From Chamaesiphon sp. (GTDB lineage: Bacteria > Cyanobacteriota > Cyanobacteriia > Cyanobacteriales > Chamaesiphonaceae), in assembly GCA_965246715.1 (NCBI GenBank), contig CBDFFH010000047.1, forward strand, positions 64,001 through 128,000: DNA of 64,000 bases. Reading direction: 5' to 3'. Numbering within the stretch: the first letter of the stretch is position 1; each line of letters opens with the position of its first letter. Positions 1 through 11,987 of this stretch are shown one piece after another. The notes beneath the pieces were generated by a model. It was given only the letters and a program-made list of their open reading frames with translations, had not been told where the DNA came from and ran no database searches. Made by a program: the position numbers and the translations under genes.

Positions 1-1209
1 GTTATTTAGACCTTGGGCTGTATGTGGATGATCTTCACCCAACTGCTGCTCGTAACTCCTAAGCGCGTGGACGAGCTGGAGTTCGGCATCGCTAAACCTG
101 CCCATTTCATAGTATAGATTTGCCAGATTATCCCGACTATGAGCGGTGTAAGGACAATCTGGTGTTAATTGCCGCTCGCAGATTGCTACAGCAGCAGCAT
201 ACAGTGGCTCGGCTTCTTCATAACGCTGGAGTAGTTTGTAAAGATTAGCCAACTTATTCAGGCTGGGAACTAAATCTAAATGGTTGGTACCCAGTTGCTG
301 TTCATAAATTTTGCGCGACCGCAAATACAGAGATTCCGCATCAGCATAGCGTTCCATCTCTAAATACAATTCAGCCAAATTGTCGATTCCAGTCGTGGTC
401 TCAATCCGATCTCCACCGACTTGTAGCTCATAAATTTTGAGCGCGCGAATCGATAGGGATTCAGCTTCTGTATATCTGCCCAGCTCGATGTATAAAGCAG
501 CTAAATCGTGCAAATGCTCGGTATTGTCGAGATGGTCGTTGCCAGATTGCCGTTCGCAAGCGTCGCGAGCGCGGACGAATAACTGTTCGGCCTCATCATA
601 GCGTCCCATTACCAGATACAACTTAGCCAGCTGACTCAGGCTTTGAATCGTATCGAAATGTTCGGCACCCAATTGACGTTCGCAGATTTCGTAGGCCCGA
701 ATGTATAGTGGCTCCGCCTCGATATACCGTCCCATTGACTGATATAGCGCAGCCAAACTATATAAACTTTGAGCGGTACGAATGTGCTGCTCGCCCAACT
801 GTTCTGTTCTGAGCGATAAAGACCGAGCGTAGAATGGCTCGGCATCCGTATAGCGACCCATTGCCTCATATAAGAGTCCGAGATTATTTAAGCTTTGAAT
901 GGTAAAGGGATGGCTCGGCCCCAGTTGTTCTTCACGAATCGACAAAGTGCGAGCGTATAAAGACTCTGCATCTTTGTATTTGCCCATCGACTCATAAAAA
1001 ACTGCTAAATTATTGAGATTTTGCGCTGTAAATAGATGAGCGGCCCCAAATTGCTGTTCGCAAATATCTAAGGCATTAGTATACAAAGATTCTGTATCTG
1101 TATGTTTGCTGAGCGAATCATACAAAGTTCCTAGTCTACTAGAATTGCCGACACGCCGATCCTGTGGTGCCGATTGGACTAGATTAGAAGAATTTTGAGC
1201 CTCGTTCAT
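1..1209 (-). CDS. Tetratricopeptide repeat protein (kinesin-light-chain-like ~42-aa TPRs), runs off the left edge
   Basis: Hand translation of the minus strand from ATG 1209 gives repeated units such as TAQNLNNLAVFYESMGKYKDAESLYARTLSIREEQLGPSHP; the same frame reads HTAQGLNN at the window edge. Confidence 0.85.
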   Translation of the reverse strand, partial: MNEAQNSSNLVQSAPQDRRVGNSSRLGTLYDSLSKHTDTESLYTNALDICEQQFGAAHLFTAQNLNNLAVFYESMGKYKDAESLYARTLSIREEQLGPSHPFTIQSLNNLGLLYEAMGRYTDAEPFYARSLSLRTEQLGEQHIRTAQSLYSLAALYQSMGRYIEAEPLYIRAYEICERQLGAEHFDTIQSLSQLAKLYLVMGRYDEAEQLFVRARDACERQSGNDHLDNTEHLHDLAALYIELGRYTEAESLSIRALKIYELQVGGDRIETTTGIDNLAELYLEMERYADAESLYLRSRKIYEQQLGTNHLDLVPSLNKLANLYKLLQRYEEAEPLYAAAVAICERQLTPDCPYTAHSRDNLANLYYEMGRFSDAELQLVHALRSYEQQLGEDHPHTAQGLNN

Positions 1210-1438
1210 ACAAACACTTAGATTTTTGACCGCATTATCACTATATTCGATCGAAATTCGCTCGTCTAGTCAATGTCAGTGAAAATACTGAGTGAATCGC
1301 GCTAATAACGATCTTTTTCAAAGATTGTACCGATCTTCACTGCTCCAAGCTGCCGAATTGTTACGCGTATTAAGTTATACAAGAGCAGTATATTATTCCA
1401 AAAATCACGAGTAGAAATTGGTAGTCGATGGCATTCCT

Positions 1439-2494
1439 TTATTCATTATTCCCAGTTTGTCGATTAATTTTAGCGTTTGGACGAGCGATCGAATTATGTT
1501 TTTGGATATTAGTAGTACTTGTGGTCGCAGTATTTTTTTTCGGATTAGTTTTTGGCAATGTAGACTCGGCAATTGTCGTACCTGGTAGTGCTTGTAAAAC
1601 TTGAATCTTTTGGCGATAGATGACTTTGTTGTCTTTTCTAATAATCAATCGATCGGTAGCGACCGTATAATTGGTATCGCCATTGTCTGCAGAAAATTGC
1701 GTGCGATCGTAGTAGCGAAGTCTGAGCGTAATGCCCTGGGATCCATCTCTAGCGAGTCCAACATAATGCGTCGGATTTTTATTACCACAGATATAGATCG
1801 CATAATGCTTGGAAGTGGCTCGATAGAGAATTTTAGTATTGTCAGGACAAATCGAACTATTGTCATTACTAACTTCGGGAGCGATCGCCGCAGTTTTGAC
1901 TACGGGTATCGGCGAGACAATTGGTTTGACCGTCTCGATTTTACTAGCTACCAGATTGCGAAATTTTGCATTTGTGTCGAGTCCGCCACTAAACTGGATT
2001 TGTAGTAGTGCGATTTTAGTCACACTAGTGGGGATTTTGGGGAACACGAAACTTGCCTTAAACGGAACGTTTTCAATTAGTTCAGTCCTAATTAAGTTAT
2101 TTTCGCTATTGCGGTTTGCCAATCTTAGTAGACTGGGGTAATATTCGTTACCTTCAAAATCGACTAATTTAACATTGTTGGTATTAATATTGACGATCCG
2201 ATCGCTATTTTTGCTAGTCAAGATTGCTTGGCAAATCAGGTCTTGTAGCTTCCGGCTGCAAGACTGAACGACAACTTTCACGCGATCGTCTTCGTAAGTA
2301 GTCGGGTTATTTCTAAGAGTTACGGTGGGTGTTTGTGCGGATGCTTGATGTTGTGGATACAACCAAATACTCAGAAGACCGAGCAGACTAATTATGCCGT
2401 TAGCGAAGCCTCGATACTGAGGCAGACGCGTTGCGAACGGAAAGAGAATCGATCTTTTGGTCATTCTAATTTTAGCTGCACGCTGATTTGACAT
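1439..2494 (-). CDS. Hypothetical exported protein
   Basis: 351-aa ORF with a hydrophobic N-terminal segment ending ASA-Q; no family recognised. Confidence 0.7.
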   Translation of the reverse strand: MSNQRAAKIRMTKRSILFPFATRLPQYRGFANGIISLLGLLSIWLYPQHQASAQTPTVTLRNNPTTYEDDRVKVVVQSCSRKLQDLICQAILTSKNSDRIVNINTNNVKLVDFEGNEYYPSLLRLANRNSENNLIRTELIENVPFKASFVFPKIPTSVTKIALLQIQFSGGLDTNAKFRNLVASKIETVKPIVSPIPVVKTAAIAPEVSNDNSSICPDNTKILYRATSKHYAIYICGNKNPTHYVGLARDGSQGITLRLRYYDRTQFSADNGDTNYTVATDRLIIRKDNKVIYRQKIQVLQALPGTTIAESTLPKTNPKKNTATTSTTNIQKHNSIARPNAKINRQTGNNE

Positions 2495-2683
2495 TTATTT
2501 GCGGTTTATTGTATCACAACCACTCCGATAAATTGCGATCGCGATTAAATACAAAGTAAGCCCAATTTAGACCGCTGGAGCAACGGCTCGATCGTCTTTA
2601 ACGCTCGATCGGATTGGGACGTTCAGAGTTAGATCGCCAATAGCTGGATAATTTAATCCTCGACCCAAAAATCGCGCTCGAAC

Positions 2684-3031
2684 TCACCCTTCCAAAAAGC
2701 GATCGACATCCTCGATAATCCGCGTTAGTTCTACTTCACTAGTGAGCCGGATTCGATCGTCGCGAAGTGTAATTAATACTTTCGCAACGAATGGGTTCGC
2801 CCAAATATTGGGATTGCAAAATACTTCAAGAAAAATATCCCCTGTATATTGATATTCGATCGGTTTATAGGGTTTTGGTTTATTTGTAATCCCACTAGCT
2901 GTTTCAGCGGTTTTAGTTTTGAGTGCTTGCACGATCTCATCGAGCTTGGCACGCAGATCTCTAGCTGCTGTAGGTGGAAAACTACAAGATGCCGAACCAC
3001 TAGCTAAGTTAAACACCAATGGTGATGTCAT
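2684..3031 (-). CDS. Conserved cyanobacterial hypothetical protein
   Basis: 115-aa ORF with motif LEVFCNPNIW. Confidence 0.7.
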   Translation of the reverse strand: MTSPLVFNLASGSASCSFPPTAARDLRAKLDEIVQALKTKTAETASGITNKPKPYKPIEYQYTGDIFLEVFCNPNIWANPFVAKVLITLRDDRIRLTSEVELTRIIEDVDRFLEG

Positions 3032-3151
3032 GATTGTGATGGAATTTATGAAAGTTAGCAGACTCTAATATTAATACTCGGAGCGACACGCTCGGCATTT
3101 AGTTTGAAGCATCATCATTATTCGCCTGAAAAGATCCGATTGACAAAAATC

Positions 3152-3181
3152 TAGACAACATCGATCCCCTTAGTATATAAT
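3152..3181 (+). promoter_or_regulatory. Sigma70-type promoter of the ribosomal protein operon
   Basis: TAGACA-N18-TATAAT about 300 nt upstream of rplC. Confidence 0.55.
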
Positions 3182-3487
3182 CAAAGGCTGTGGTCTAAAA
3201 CTTCCGGCTTTCAACAGCCGCGACTGTGGTAAATCGGTTGAGATGGATACTAGGTAGCGCGCTACTCCAGTCCTCGCAACACCTAAAACGATGAACCAAT
3301 CGGTTACTTACTTCTCTTTCGAGCAACAAGTTAAATCTTCACCTCGCACCCGCCGCATCTAGCGCGAATGCTTAGATGCGATCCTCGGCTGGACTAGTAA
3401 ATTAAGTCAAACCCACAAATGGACGCGCCTGCCGGTGGAAGTCCATCAGTTCCTACTGTTTCAAAATATAAGGAAGACTATTAAACC

Positions 3488-4128
3488 GTGTCTAAATCGG
3501 TATTCTCGGCACCAAACTCGGCATGACCCAAATTTTCGACAAAGAGACAGGGAGAGCGATTCCTGTCACCGTCGTTCAAGCAGGCCCATGCACTGTTACT
3601 CAGATCAAAACAAAAGCGACTGATGGATACACATCCGTCCAACTCGGTTTTGAAGAAGTCAAAGAAAAAGCACTCAACCGACCAGAACTCGGACACCTCA
3701 AGAAATCTGAGGCTCCAGCACTGCGTCACTTGCAAGAATTTCGCGTCGATAGCACCGATGCTTGGACGCTCGGTCAAGAAATCAAACCGGATATCTTCAC
3801 TGTCGGTCAGATTATCGACGTTACAGGGGATAGTATCGGTCGTGGTTTCGCTGGTTGGCAAAAACGCCACAACTTCGCTCGCGGCCCGATGACTCACGGT
3901 TCTAAGAACCACAGAGAGCCTGGTTCGACTGGGGCGGGTACGACTCCCGGTCGTGTTTATCCTGGGAAGAAAATGGCTGGACGCCTAGGTGGCAAGCGGA
4001 TTACGATTAAGAAATTGGTAGTCGCGCAGATCGATGTCGAACGCAACGTGCTCCTGATCGAAGGCTCCGTTCCTGGCAAACCCGGCGCGCTACTTCGGAT
4101 TGTGCCAGAAGTCACAGTCGGTAAATAA
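3488..4128 (+). CDS. rplC: 50S ribosomal protein L3 (apparent 1-nt frameshift just after GTG 3488)
   Basis: [14 protein letters not shown]...[15 protein letters not shown]; main frame open from 3496. Confidence 0.95.
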
Positions 4129-4162
4129 TCATAGAAGTAGTAACGGGAGATAAAGAATAATT

Positions 4163-4798
4163 ATGGCTAATTGCGTCGTCCGCAACTGGCAAGGTGAGGA
4201 AGCTGGCTCTGCCACCCTCGAATTGGCTGTTGCAAAAGAAGAAAATGCGTCTCATATCGTCCATCGTGCCCTGATCCGGCAGACAAATAACGCCCGTCAA
4301 GGTACTGCAAGTGCCAAGACTCGCGCTGAAGTCCGAGGTGGTGGCCGCAAACCTTGGAAACAAAAAGGTACCGGACGCGCCCGTGCGGGTTCGATTCGAT
4401 CGCCACTATGGCGGGGTGGTGGGGTAATTTTTGGGCCATCGCCGAAAGATTACAACATGAAGATGAACCGCAAAGAGCGGCGATTGGCGCTCAGAACCGC
4501 CTTGATGAGTCGGATCGCAGATACGCTCGTGGTCGAGGATTTTGCTAGCAATCTCGCTCAACCCAAAACTAAAGAGTTTATCGCAGCATTGAAACGCTGG
4601 GATGTGGAACTAGATAGTAAAGTATTGGTCATCGTTGCTGAAGTTGAAGATAACTTGTTGTTATCCACGCGCAACGTTGCTAATGTCAAAATGATTTCAG
4701 CCTCGGGACTAAACGTATTCGATCTCCTCAATGCCGATCGAATTATTGCGACCACCGACGCGATCGCTAAAATCCAGGAGGTTTACAATGACGATTAG
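4163..4798 (+). CDS. rplD: 50S ribosomal protein L4
   Basis: [26 protein letters not shown]; operon order. Confidence 0.98.
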   Translation: MANCVVRNWQGEEAGSATLELAVAKEENASHIVHRALIRQTNNARQGTASAKTRAEVRGGGRKPWKQKGTGRARAGSIRSPLWRGGGVIFGPSPKDYNMKMNRKERRLALRTALMSRIADTLVVEDFASNLAQPKTKEFIAALKRWDVELDSKVLVIVAEVEDNLLLSTRNVANVKMISASGLNVFDLLNADRIIATTDAIAKIQEVYNDD

Positions 4799-5093
4799 AG
4801 TTGAAGACCGTGACTTACCAGATTTAATTCGGAACGTGATTGTCACCGAAAAAGCGACCCAAATGATGGAACTGAACAAATACGTCTTTGACGTAGTTCC
4901 CCAAGCTACGAAGCCCCAAATCAAAGCCGCGATCGAATCCTTATTTGATGTCAAAGTCAAACGGGTCGATACTCAAAACCTCCCCCGCAAAACTCGCCGC
5001 GTCGGTAAGTTCCTCGGTGCTAAACCTAAATACAAACGTGCTGTCGTCACGGTTGTTGCGGGGCAAGAGATCGTGCTCTTCCCTGAAGTTTAA
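4788..5093 (+). CDS. rplW: 50S ribosomal protein L23
   Basis: TEKA...[18 protein letters not shown]; start re-placed at ATG 4788. Confidence 0.95.
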   Translation: MTIRVEDRDLPDLIRNVIVTEKATQMMELNKYVFDVVPQATKPQIKAAIESLFDVKVKRVDTQNLPRKTRRVGKFLGAKPKYKRAVVTVVAGQEIVLFPEV

Positions 5094-5202
5094 AGACTAG
5101 CGATTAGAAAGATTTCGATCGCAGTTTCAGTGGTTGGGTAGCTATTGACTCAGTTAATATTTGCCAAAGCGTAAGCGAGCACCAGTCACTAGCCACTAGC
5201 CA

Positions 5203-5251
5203 CTGTCTTGATGCGCTAAACCCTCGGGTTCCCCGAGGAGCGCGCATCGCT
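5203..5251. mobile_element. 47-nt hairpin micro-element, type A, in a CACTAGC tandem tract
   Basis: C|TGTCTTGATGCGC...GCGCATCGC|T; removing it restores the heptamer register. Confidence 0.7.
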
Positions 5252-5290
5252 AGCCACTCTTCCATATCCACTATCCACTAACCACTAACT

Positions 5291-6160
5291 ATGGGTACTC
5301 GCTCTTATCGGCCATATACGCCCAGTACTCGCGAAACCGTAATTTCAGACTTTGCTGAAATTACCGTGGGTAACCAGCCGGAAAAATCGCTGGTGCATTA
5401 CAAGCACCGAGCGAAAGGGCGTAACAATCGCGGGATTATAACCAGTCGTCGGCGTGGTGGCGGTCACAAACGCCTCTACCGGACGATCGATTTCCGCCGT
5501 CAAGACAAAATCAACATTCCCGCTCGTGTGGCTACTGTTGAATACGATCCCAACCGCAACGCACGGATCGCCCTCTTATTCTACAAAGATGGGGAAAAAC
5601 GCTACATTCTACATCCAGTCGGTTTGACTGTCGGGATGGAAATTATTACCGGGCCTGAGTCTCCCTTTGAAATCGGGAACGCATTACCGCTAATTAATAT
5701 CCCCCTCGGTACGACCGTTCACAGCATCGAACTCACTCCTGGTAAAGGCGCTCAAATCGCCCGCTCTGCCGGTGCGGCGGCGCAACTAGTAGCCAAAGAA
5801 GGGGACTATGTAACGCTCAAAATGCCTTCCGGCGAAGTCCGGATGGTACGGAAAGAGTGCTATGCCACCATCGGTCAAGTCGGTAACATCGAAGCGCGCA
5901 ATACCAGCGCGGGTAAAGCCGGACGGAATCGCTGGAAAGGTCGTCGTCCGAAGGTCAGAGGTAGCGTCATGAACCCCTGCGATCACCCACATGGTGGTGG
6001 TGAAGGTCGCGCGCCAATCGGTCGGAGCGGCCCTGTAACCCCTTGGGGTAAACCTACCTTGGGTTACAAGACTCGGAAGAAGAAGAAGGCTAGCAGCGAA
6101 CTCATTATCCGCCGTCGCCGGAAATCCTCGAAACGTGGTAAAGGCGGTCGTCAGAACTAG
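5291..6160 (+). CDS. rplB: 50S ribosomal protein L2
   Basis: [25 protein letters not shown]. Confidence 0.99.
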   Translation: MGTRSYRPYTPSTRETVISDFAEITVGNQPEKSLVHYKHRAKGRNNRGIITSRRRGGGHKRLYRTIDFRRQDKINIPARVATVEYDPNRNARIALLFYKDGEKRYILHPVGLTVGMEIITGPESPFEIGNALPLINIPLGTTVHSIELTPGKGAQIARSAGAAAQLVAKEGDYVTLKMPSGEVRMVRKECYATIGQVGNIEARNTSAGKAGRNRWKGRRPKVRGSVMNPCDHPHGGGEGRAPIGRSGPVTPWGKPTLGYKTRKKKKASSELIIRRRRKSSKRGKGGRQN

Positions 6161-6256
6161 AACAGTGGCTAGTGGCAAGTGGATAGTGAATAGTTTTTTA
6201 CAATATGACAACTATCTACTATTCCCTATCCACCAACCTGTAGGAACCCTATAGAA

Positions 6257-6289
<33 letters not shown>

Positions 6290-6295
6290 AAAAAC

Positions 6296-6574
6296 ATGGG
6301 TCGTTCTCTCAAAAAAGGTCCCTTTGTCGCCGATCACCTGATGACAAAGATTGAAAAAATGAATGCATCTGGCCGCAAAGATGTCATCAAAACTTGGTCG
6401 CGGGCTTCCACGATCTTGCCCCAAATGGTCGGACACACGATCGCGGTACACAACGGTCGTCAACACGTTCCCGTCTTTGTATCCGAGCAAATGGTCGGTC
6501 ACAAATTAGGTGAATTCTCACCTACTCGGAACTATCGTTCTCACTCTAAGGGAGACAAAAAATCCGGCAGATAA
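6296..6574 (+). CDS. rpsS: 30S ribosomal protein S19
   Basis: [20 protein letters not shown]. Confidence 0.99.
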   Translation: MGRSLKKGPFVADHLMTKIEKMNASGRKDVIKTWSRASTILPQMVGHTIAVHNGRQHVPVFVSEQMVGHKLGEFSPTRNYRSHSKGDKKSGR

Positions 6575-6622
6575 TTCAAAGTTAACTTTGGATTTTAGAC
6601 TCTGGATTAAAGAGGAAAAATT

Positions 6623-6976
6623 ATGGCGATCGATAACAAAACAGAAATTAAAGCAGTTGCGAAGTATATTCGCATGTCTCCCTTTAAAGTGCGCCGCGTA
6701 CTAGACCAAATTCGGGGACGCTCTTATCGGGAAGCATTGATTATTCTTGAATTCATGCCTTACAAGGCTTGTGAAGAGATTATCAAAGTATTGCGCTCCG
6801 CTGTAGCCAATGCCGAGCACAACAACGGGATGAACCCAGCTAACTTGATCGTTTCGACGGCTTTTGCTGATGGTGGCCCCGCGCTCAAACGCTTCCGTCC
6901 CAGAGCGCAAGGTCGCGCTTACAAAATCCGCAAGCCAACATGCCATATCACCGTGGCAGTGGCAGAATCGAAATAG
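6623..6976 (+). CDS. rplV: 50S ribosomal protein L22
   Basis: [18 protein letters not shown]. Confidence 0.99.
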   Translation: MAIDNKTEIKAVAKYIRMSPFKVRRVLDQIRGRSYREALIILEFMPYKACEEIIKVLRSAVANAEHNNGMNPANLIVSTAFADGGPALKRFRPRAQGRAYKIRKPTCHITVAVAESK

Positions 6977-6996
6977 GGAGCATATAGAGAAATAAC

Positions 6997-7734
6997 ATGG
7001 GACAGAAGATTCATCCGATCGGTTTTAGACTGGGGATTACGCAAGAACACCGCTCGCGGTGGTATGCGGATACTCGGAAATACTCCGAAGTTCTCAAAGA
7101 GGACTACATCATTCGCCAACATATCGAGAAAGATCCCACCCTCAGTACTGCAGGGATTTCAAAGGTGCGGATCGAGCGTAAAGCCGACCAAATCGAACTC
7201 GAAATCCACACCGCGCGTCCAGGTGTCGTCGTCGGTCGTCAAGGTAGCGGTATTGAAGTAATTCGTCAAGCATTACTCAAAAAACTCGGTACCGATCGTC
7301 AGATTCGGATTAATGTGATCGAGATTGCCAAAGTCGATGCCGATGCGGCACTGATTGCCGAGTTCATCGCGCAGCAACTTTCTCGCCGCGTTTCTTTCCG
7401 TCGGGTCGTACGTCAAGCCATTCAACGTGCGCAACGTGCGGAAGTCAAAGGGATTAAAATCCAAGTTGGCGGACGGCTCAATGGTGCAGAAATCGCCCGG
7501 ACTGAGTGGACTCGTGAAGGCCGCGTGCCCCTGCATACACTCCGCGCCGATATCGATTACGCTTCCAAAACTGCCGAAACTACCTACGGGATTCTCGGCG
7601 TGAAAGTATGGGTATTCTTGGGTGAAATCATCCCCGGACAAGAAAATCTAGCAGCACCAGCCGCTCAACCCAAGCGTCGGCAAGGGCAGCAACGTCGCCG
7701 CCAGCAGTTTGAAGACCGCTCTGAGGAAGGATAA
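6997..7734 (+). CDS. rpsC: 30S ribosomal protein S3
   Basis: [27 protein letters not shown]. Confidence 0.99.
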   Translation: MGQKIHPIGFRLGITQEHRSRWYADTRKYSEVLKEDYIIRQHIEKDPTLSTAGISKVRIERKADQIELEIHTARPGVVVGRQGSGIEVIRQALLKKLGTDRQIRINVIEIAKVDADAALIAEFIAQQLSRRVSFRRVVRQAIQRAQRAEVKGIKIQVGGRLNGAEIARTEWTREGRVPLHTLRADIDYASKTAETTYGILGVKVWVFLGEIIPGQENLAAPAAQPKRRQGQQRRRQQFEDRSEEG

Positions 7735-7744
7735 GGATTGAAAT

Positions 7745-8173
7745 ATGTTAAGTCCGAGAAGAACGAAATTCCGCAAACAACAACGCGGACGCATGACTGG
7801 TTTAGCAACCAGAGGAAATGAAATCAATTTCGGTCAGTTTGCGCTCCAAGCGATCGAACCATCCTGGATCACCTCCAGACAGATCGAAGCTTGTCGGCGA
7901 GCGATGAACCGTTACCTCAAGCGTGGTGGGAAAATCTGGATTCGGGTCTTCCCTGACAAACCAGTCACCATGCGCCCAGCAGAAACGCGGATGGGTTCCG
8001 GTAAAGGTTCGCCCGAATATTGGGTAGCAGTCGTCAAACCCGGTCGGATTTTATTTGAGATCGGTGGCGTTCCTGAAGCAATCGCACGCGAATCGATGCG
8101 CCTTGCCACTCACAAACTGCCGATTAAGACCAAGTTTATTGTCAAAGCACACTTAGAAGACGAAACAGATTAG
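7745..8173 (+). CDS. rplP: 50S ribosomal protein L16
   Basis: [12 protein letters not shown]. Confidence 0.99.
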   Translation: MLSPRRTKFRKQQRGRMTGLATRGNEINFGQFALQAIEPSWITSRQIEACRRAMNRYLKRGGKIWIRVFPDKPVTMRPAETRMGSGKGSPEYWVAVVKPGRILFEIGGVPEAIARESMRLATHKLPIKTKFIVKAHLEDETD

Positions 8174-8177
8174 GCTC

Positions 8178-8384
8178 ATGGCTTTACCTAAAATCGCCGA
8201 TGCACGTAGCCTAACCGACGAAGAACTCGCAAGCGAGATCGTAGCTGTCAAGCGGAATCTATTCGATCTCCGCCTCAGACAAGCCACCCGTCGGTTAGAC
8301 AAAACGCACGAATTCAAACATAATCGCCACAAACTCGCGCAGTTACTCACTGTCGAGCACCAGCGCAAAACTCCTCAGAGTTAG
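8178..8384 (+). CDS. rpmC: 50S ribosomal protein L29
   Basis: LFDLRLRQAT; operon position. Confidence 0.95.
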   Translation: MALPKIADARSLTDEELASEIVAVKRNLFDLRLRQATRRLDKTHEFKHNRHKLAQLLTVEHQRKTPQS

Positions 8385-8421
8385 ATCGGTACACACATTC
8401 AGCCACAGGTAGCAAACACGC

Positions 8422-8667
8422 ATGGCAGTCAAAGAACGAGTCGGGATCGTCGTTAGCAACAAAATGCAGAAAACTGTAGTAGTTGCGATCGAAAACCGTT
8501 CCGCTCACCCCAAATACGGAAAAGTCGTCGTCAGAACTAAAAAATATAAAGTTCACGACGAAGAAAACCAATGTAAAGAAGGCGATAGAGTCCGGATTCT
8601 CGAAACCCGTCCCCTCAGCCGCACCAAACGTTGGACGCTCGCTGAGATACTTAGTACTAAAGCTTAA
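8422..8667 (+). CDS. rpsQ: 30S ribosomal protein S17
   Basis: [20 protein letters not shown]. Confidence 0.98.
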   Translation: MAVKERVGIVVSNKMQKTVVVAIENRSAHPKYGKVVVRTKKYKVHDEENQCKEGDRVRILETRPLSRTKRWTLAEILSTKA

Positions 8668-8800
8668 TTAGTTAGTGGGGGATAGGGGATAGGGAATAGG
8701 GAATAGGGGATAGTTGTTTGATTAATAACTAGCAACCGAATAACTAATTACCTACAATCTCCCATTTCGCCCTCTCTCATCACTTCAGGAACAACCAACC

Positions 8801-9169
8801 ATGATCCAACAAGAAAGTTATCTAACCGTCGCGGACAACAGCGGTGCCCGTAAAATTATGTGCATCCGCGTCCTCGGTGCGGGCAACCGTACTTATGGCG
8901 GTGTCGGCGACACGATTATCGCTGTTGTCAAAGATGCCACTCCCAATATGGCAGTCAAAAAGTCCGAAGTAGTTCGGGCAGTCATCGTTCGCACCAGACA
9001 CACAATGCGCCGCGATAGTGGTATGAGTATCCGGTTCGACGACAATGCTGCCGTCCTCGTCAATGCCGAAGGTAATCCCAGAGGTACGCGCGTTTTCGGC
9101 CCAGTCGCTCGCGAACTCCGCGATAAAAGCTTCACCAAAATCGTCTCGCTGGCTCCGGAGGTGCTCTAA
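8801..9169 (+). CDS. rplN: 50S ribosomal protein L14
   Basis: [17 protein letters not shown]. Confidence 0.99.
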   Translation: MIQQESYLTVADNSGARKIMCIRVLGAGNRTYGGVGDTIIAVVKDATPNMAVKKSEVVRAVIVRTRHTMRRDSGMSIRFDDNAAVLVNAEGNPRGTRVFGPVARELRDKSFTKIVSLAPEVL

Positions 9170-9514
9170 ATGTCAAGACAAAAACCGAAAGTTTCGCAGC
9201 GGATGCACGTCAAAAAAGGCGACACCGTGCAAATTATCTCTGGTAAAGATAAAGGTAAGATCGGCGAGATTCTTCAGTCTTTCCCTGAATTAAGCAAAGT
9301 GCTAGTCAAAGGCGTAAATATCCGCACCAAGCACATCAAACCTGCTCAAGAAGGCGAATCCGGACGCATCGATGTGGCAGAAGTGCCGATTCATAGCTCG
9401 AAAGTAATGGTTTATTCAACCAAATCGAGCGTCGCCAGTCGGATCGGTTACACCGAGACTGCTGAAGGCAAGAAAGTACGAGTACTGAAAAAAACTGGCG
9501 AGATTATCGACTAA
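9170..9514 (+). CDS. rplX: 50S ribosomal protein L24
   Basis: [16 protein letters not shown] (KOW). Confidence 0.98.
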   Translation: MSRQKPKVSQRMHVKKGDTVQIISGKDKGKIGEILQSFPELSKVLVKGVNIRTKHIKPAQEGESGRIDVAEVPIHSSKVMVYSTKSSVASRIGYTETAEGKKVRVLKKTGEIID

Positions 9515-9583
9515 TCGAGCGTCCTCTTCTAATATCTAATAATTTTCCTGACCAAGCCCAGGAACTTACATAAATCAACTATC

Positions 9584-10129
9584 ATGGCCCAACAACTCAA
9601 GACTAAGTACCAAGAGCAGATCGTTCCCAAATTGATGGAGCAATTTGGTTATACCAACGTCCATCAAGTCCCCAAGCCGATCAAGGTAACGATCAATCGC
9701 GGTTTGGGTGAAGCAGCAACTAATGCTAAAGCCCTCGAATCTTCGATCGCTGAAATCGCTAAAATCACTGGACAAAAGCCAGTCGTGACTCGCGCTAAAA
9801 AAGCGATCGCTGGTTTTAAAATTCGTGCGGGAATGCCCGTCGGTGTCATGGTTACGCTACGCGGCGATCGGATGTATGCGTTCTTGGACAGATTTATCAA
9901 CTTGACACTGCCCCGAATTCGGGACTTCCGAGGCATCAGCCCCAAAAGCTTCGATGGTCGCGGTAACTACAGTATCGGGATTCGCGAACAATTGATTTTC
10001 CCTGAAATCGAATACGATCAAATCGATCAAATTCGGGGGATGGACATCTCGATTATTACCACAGCCGATAACGATGAATCCGGACGTGCATTACTCAAAG
10101 CAATGGGGATGCCTTTCCGCGACAGCTAA
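9584..10129 (+). CDS. rplE: 50S ribosomal protein L5
   Basis: [16 protein letters not shown]. Confidence 0.99.
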   Translation: MAQQLKTKYQEQIVPKLMEQFGYTNVHQVPKPIKVTINRGLGEAATNAKALESSIAEIAKITGQKPVVTRAKKAIAGFKIRAGMPVGVMVTLRGDRMYAFLDRFINLTLPRIRDFRGISPKSFDGRGNYSIGIREQLIFPEIEYDQIDQIRGMDISIITTADNDESGRALLKAMGMPFRDS

Positions 10130-10246
10130 TCGTCATCAGTTAACAGTTAGAGCAGATCGTGAGATCGATAACTGTTCGCTAGATTAAGGTTGCAGCGGCA
10201 GTAACGGCAACATGAAGCTGATGGATCTGGTGGTTAACACTAGCCA

Positions 10247-10346
10247 CTGTCTTGATGCGCTGTCTTGAAAAGGTGCTTCACTTGGGCAAAGCCCAAGAAC
10301 GCACTTTTCGCTAAACCCTCGGGGAACCCGAGGAGCGCGCATCGCT
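10247..10346. mobile_element. Nested micro-elements: 51-nt type B inserted inside a 47-nt type A
   Basis: Removing 10261-10311 regenerates a type A copy like that at 5203. Confidence 0.75.
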
Positions 10347-10419
10347 AGCCACTAGCCACTAGCCACTAGCCACTCAATACCAATCACTAGCCACTAACCA
10401 CAATTATCCTCAAGAACAA

Positions 10420-10821
10420 ATGGCGGCACACGATACTATCTCAGACATGCTGACTCGCATTCGGAATGCGAGCATCGTCAAACATCAAACCACCAATCTA
10501 CCAGCCACAAAACTGACCCGTAGCATCGCTACGGTGCTCAGAACCGAAGGTTATGTCGGCGAGTATGAAGAAGTGGGCGAAGGCATCGACAAAAAATTGG
10601 TTCTGACGCTCAAATACAAAGGTAAAAATCGTCAACCGATTATTACCGCCCTCAAACGGGTGAGCAAGCCAGGCTTGCGCGTTTACTCCAACCACAAAGA
10701 CTTACCTAAAGTTTTGGGTGGGATCGGGATTGCCGTGATTTCTACTTCTAGTGGGATTATGACCGATCGTGAAGCCCGCAAACAAGGTTTGGGTGGTGAA
10801 GTTCTCTGTTACGTCTGGTAA
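10420..10821 (+). CDS. rpsH: 30S ribosomal protein S8
   Basis: [18 protein letters not shown]. Confidence 0.99.
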   Translation: MAAHDTISDMLTRIRNASIVKHQTTNLPATKLTRSIATVLRTEGYVGEYEEVGEGIDKKLVLTLKYKGKNRQPIITALKRVSKPGLRVYSNHKDLPKVLGGIGIAVISTSSGIMTDREARKQGLGGEVLCYVW

Positions 10822-10975
10822 CAGTTTTCTGTCCGGTAGTAAGTTGAAGTCCACCTGTGATTTCACTAAGTTTAGTAATTTTAACCCTGCTAGATCGTAC
10901 TCCCCTGGCTCAACCGTTCGTAGCCTGAACGCATCCGAACATCGCGATTTAATTGACAAGGAGTAAATATTAATT

Positions 10976-11521
10976 ATGTCCAGAATTGGTAAGCGTCCAA
11001 TTCCTTTACCTGCCAAAGTTACCGTCACCCTCGACGGTCAGTCGGTAGTAGTTAAAGGCCCTAAAGGCGAACTTTCTAGAGTTCTGCCCCCAGAAGTAGT
11101 TATCTTGATGGAAGGCGAAACTATCGTCGTCAATCGGGCGAATGAGTCCCGTCCCGCCCGTCAACGTCATGGCTTGTGTCGGACGTTAGTTGCCAATATG
11201 GTTGAAGGTGTCTCGACTGGTTTCCAGAAACGACTCGACATCCAAGGTGTCGGTTATCGGGCCGCCGTTGACAGTAACGTACTCACTCTCAACGTGGGCT
11301 ACAGTCTCCCAGTCAAAATTACGCCTCCTGCGGGAATTACTGTCGAAGTTCCCAAGGAAAAAAATACTAGTGTAATCATCAGTGGGATCGATAAAGAATT
11401 AGTTGGCAACACTGCTGCTAAGATCCGCGACGTGCGCCCGCCGGAAGTATACAAAGGTAAAGGTATTCGTTACGAAGGTGAAGTCGTCCGTCGTAAAGCT
11501 GGTAAATCTGGTAAGAAATAG
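10976..11521 (+). CDS. rplF: 50S ribosomal protein L6
   Basis: [22 protein letters not shown]. Confidence 0.99.
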   Translation: MSRIGKRPIPLPAKVTVTLDGQSVVVKGPKGELSRVLPPEVVILMEGETIVVNRANESRPARQRHGLCRTLVANMVEGVSTGFQKRLDIQGVGYRAAVDSNVLTLNVGYSLPVKITPPAGITVEVPKEKNTSVIISGIDKELVGNTAAKIRDVRPPEVYKGKGIRYEGEVVRRKAGKSGKK

Positions 11522-11529
11522 AATATAAA

Positions 11530-11892
11530 ATGAAACTAACTCGTAAAGAATCTCTCCACCGCCGCCATCGTCGCGTGCGGAAAGATGTCAACGGTTCGAC
11601 CGCACGTCCTCGGTTGGCAGTATTTAGATCCCACCAACACATCTACGCTCAAGTGATCGATGATGTCGAGCAACATACGATCGTTGCGGCATCCAGTCTC
11701 GAACCAGAACTCAAATCTCGGTTGACTAGTGGTGGTAACGCTGCTGCAGCCGTCGAAGTCGGGAAACTAGTTGCCGAACGTGCTAAAGCCAAAGGTATCG
11801 AAACTGTCGTATTCGATCGCGGTGGCAACCTGTATCACGGTCGCGTCCAAGCATTGGCTGACGCTGCTCGCGAAGCTGGCTTGAATTTCTAA
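11530..11892 (+). CDS. rplR: 50S ribosomal protein L18
   Basis: [21 protein letters not shown]. Confidence 0.99.
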   Translation: MKLTRKESLHRRHRRVRKDVNGSTARPRLAVFRSHQHIYAQVIDDVEQHTIVAASSLEPELKSRLTSGGNAAAAVEVGKLVAERAKAKGIETVVFDRGGNLYHGRVQALADAAREAGLNF

Positions 11893-11987
11893 TAGTAAAT
11901 CAGTGGCTGGCGATCGACAATTAGTGAGCGATAATTAAACTATCGTTCGCGCCCGTGCTCTAGCTACTAACTCACAAATACAAGATT

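Noticed and set aside
10130..10419. Missing rpsN, rpmD, rpsD and rpsJ in the operon
   Set aside because: Normal for cyanobacterial ribosomal operon organisation
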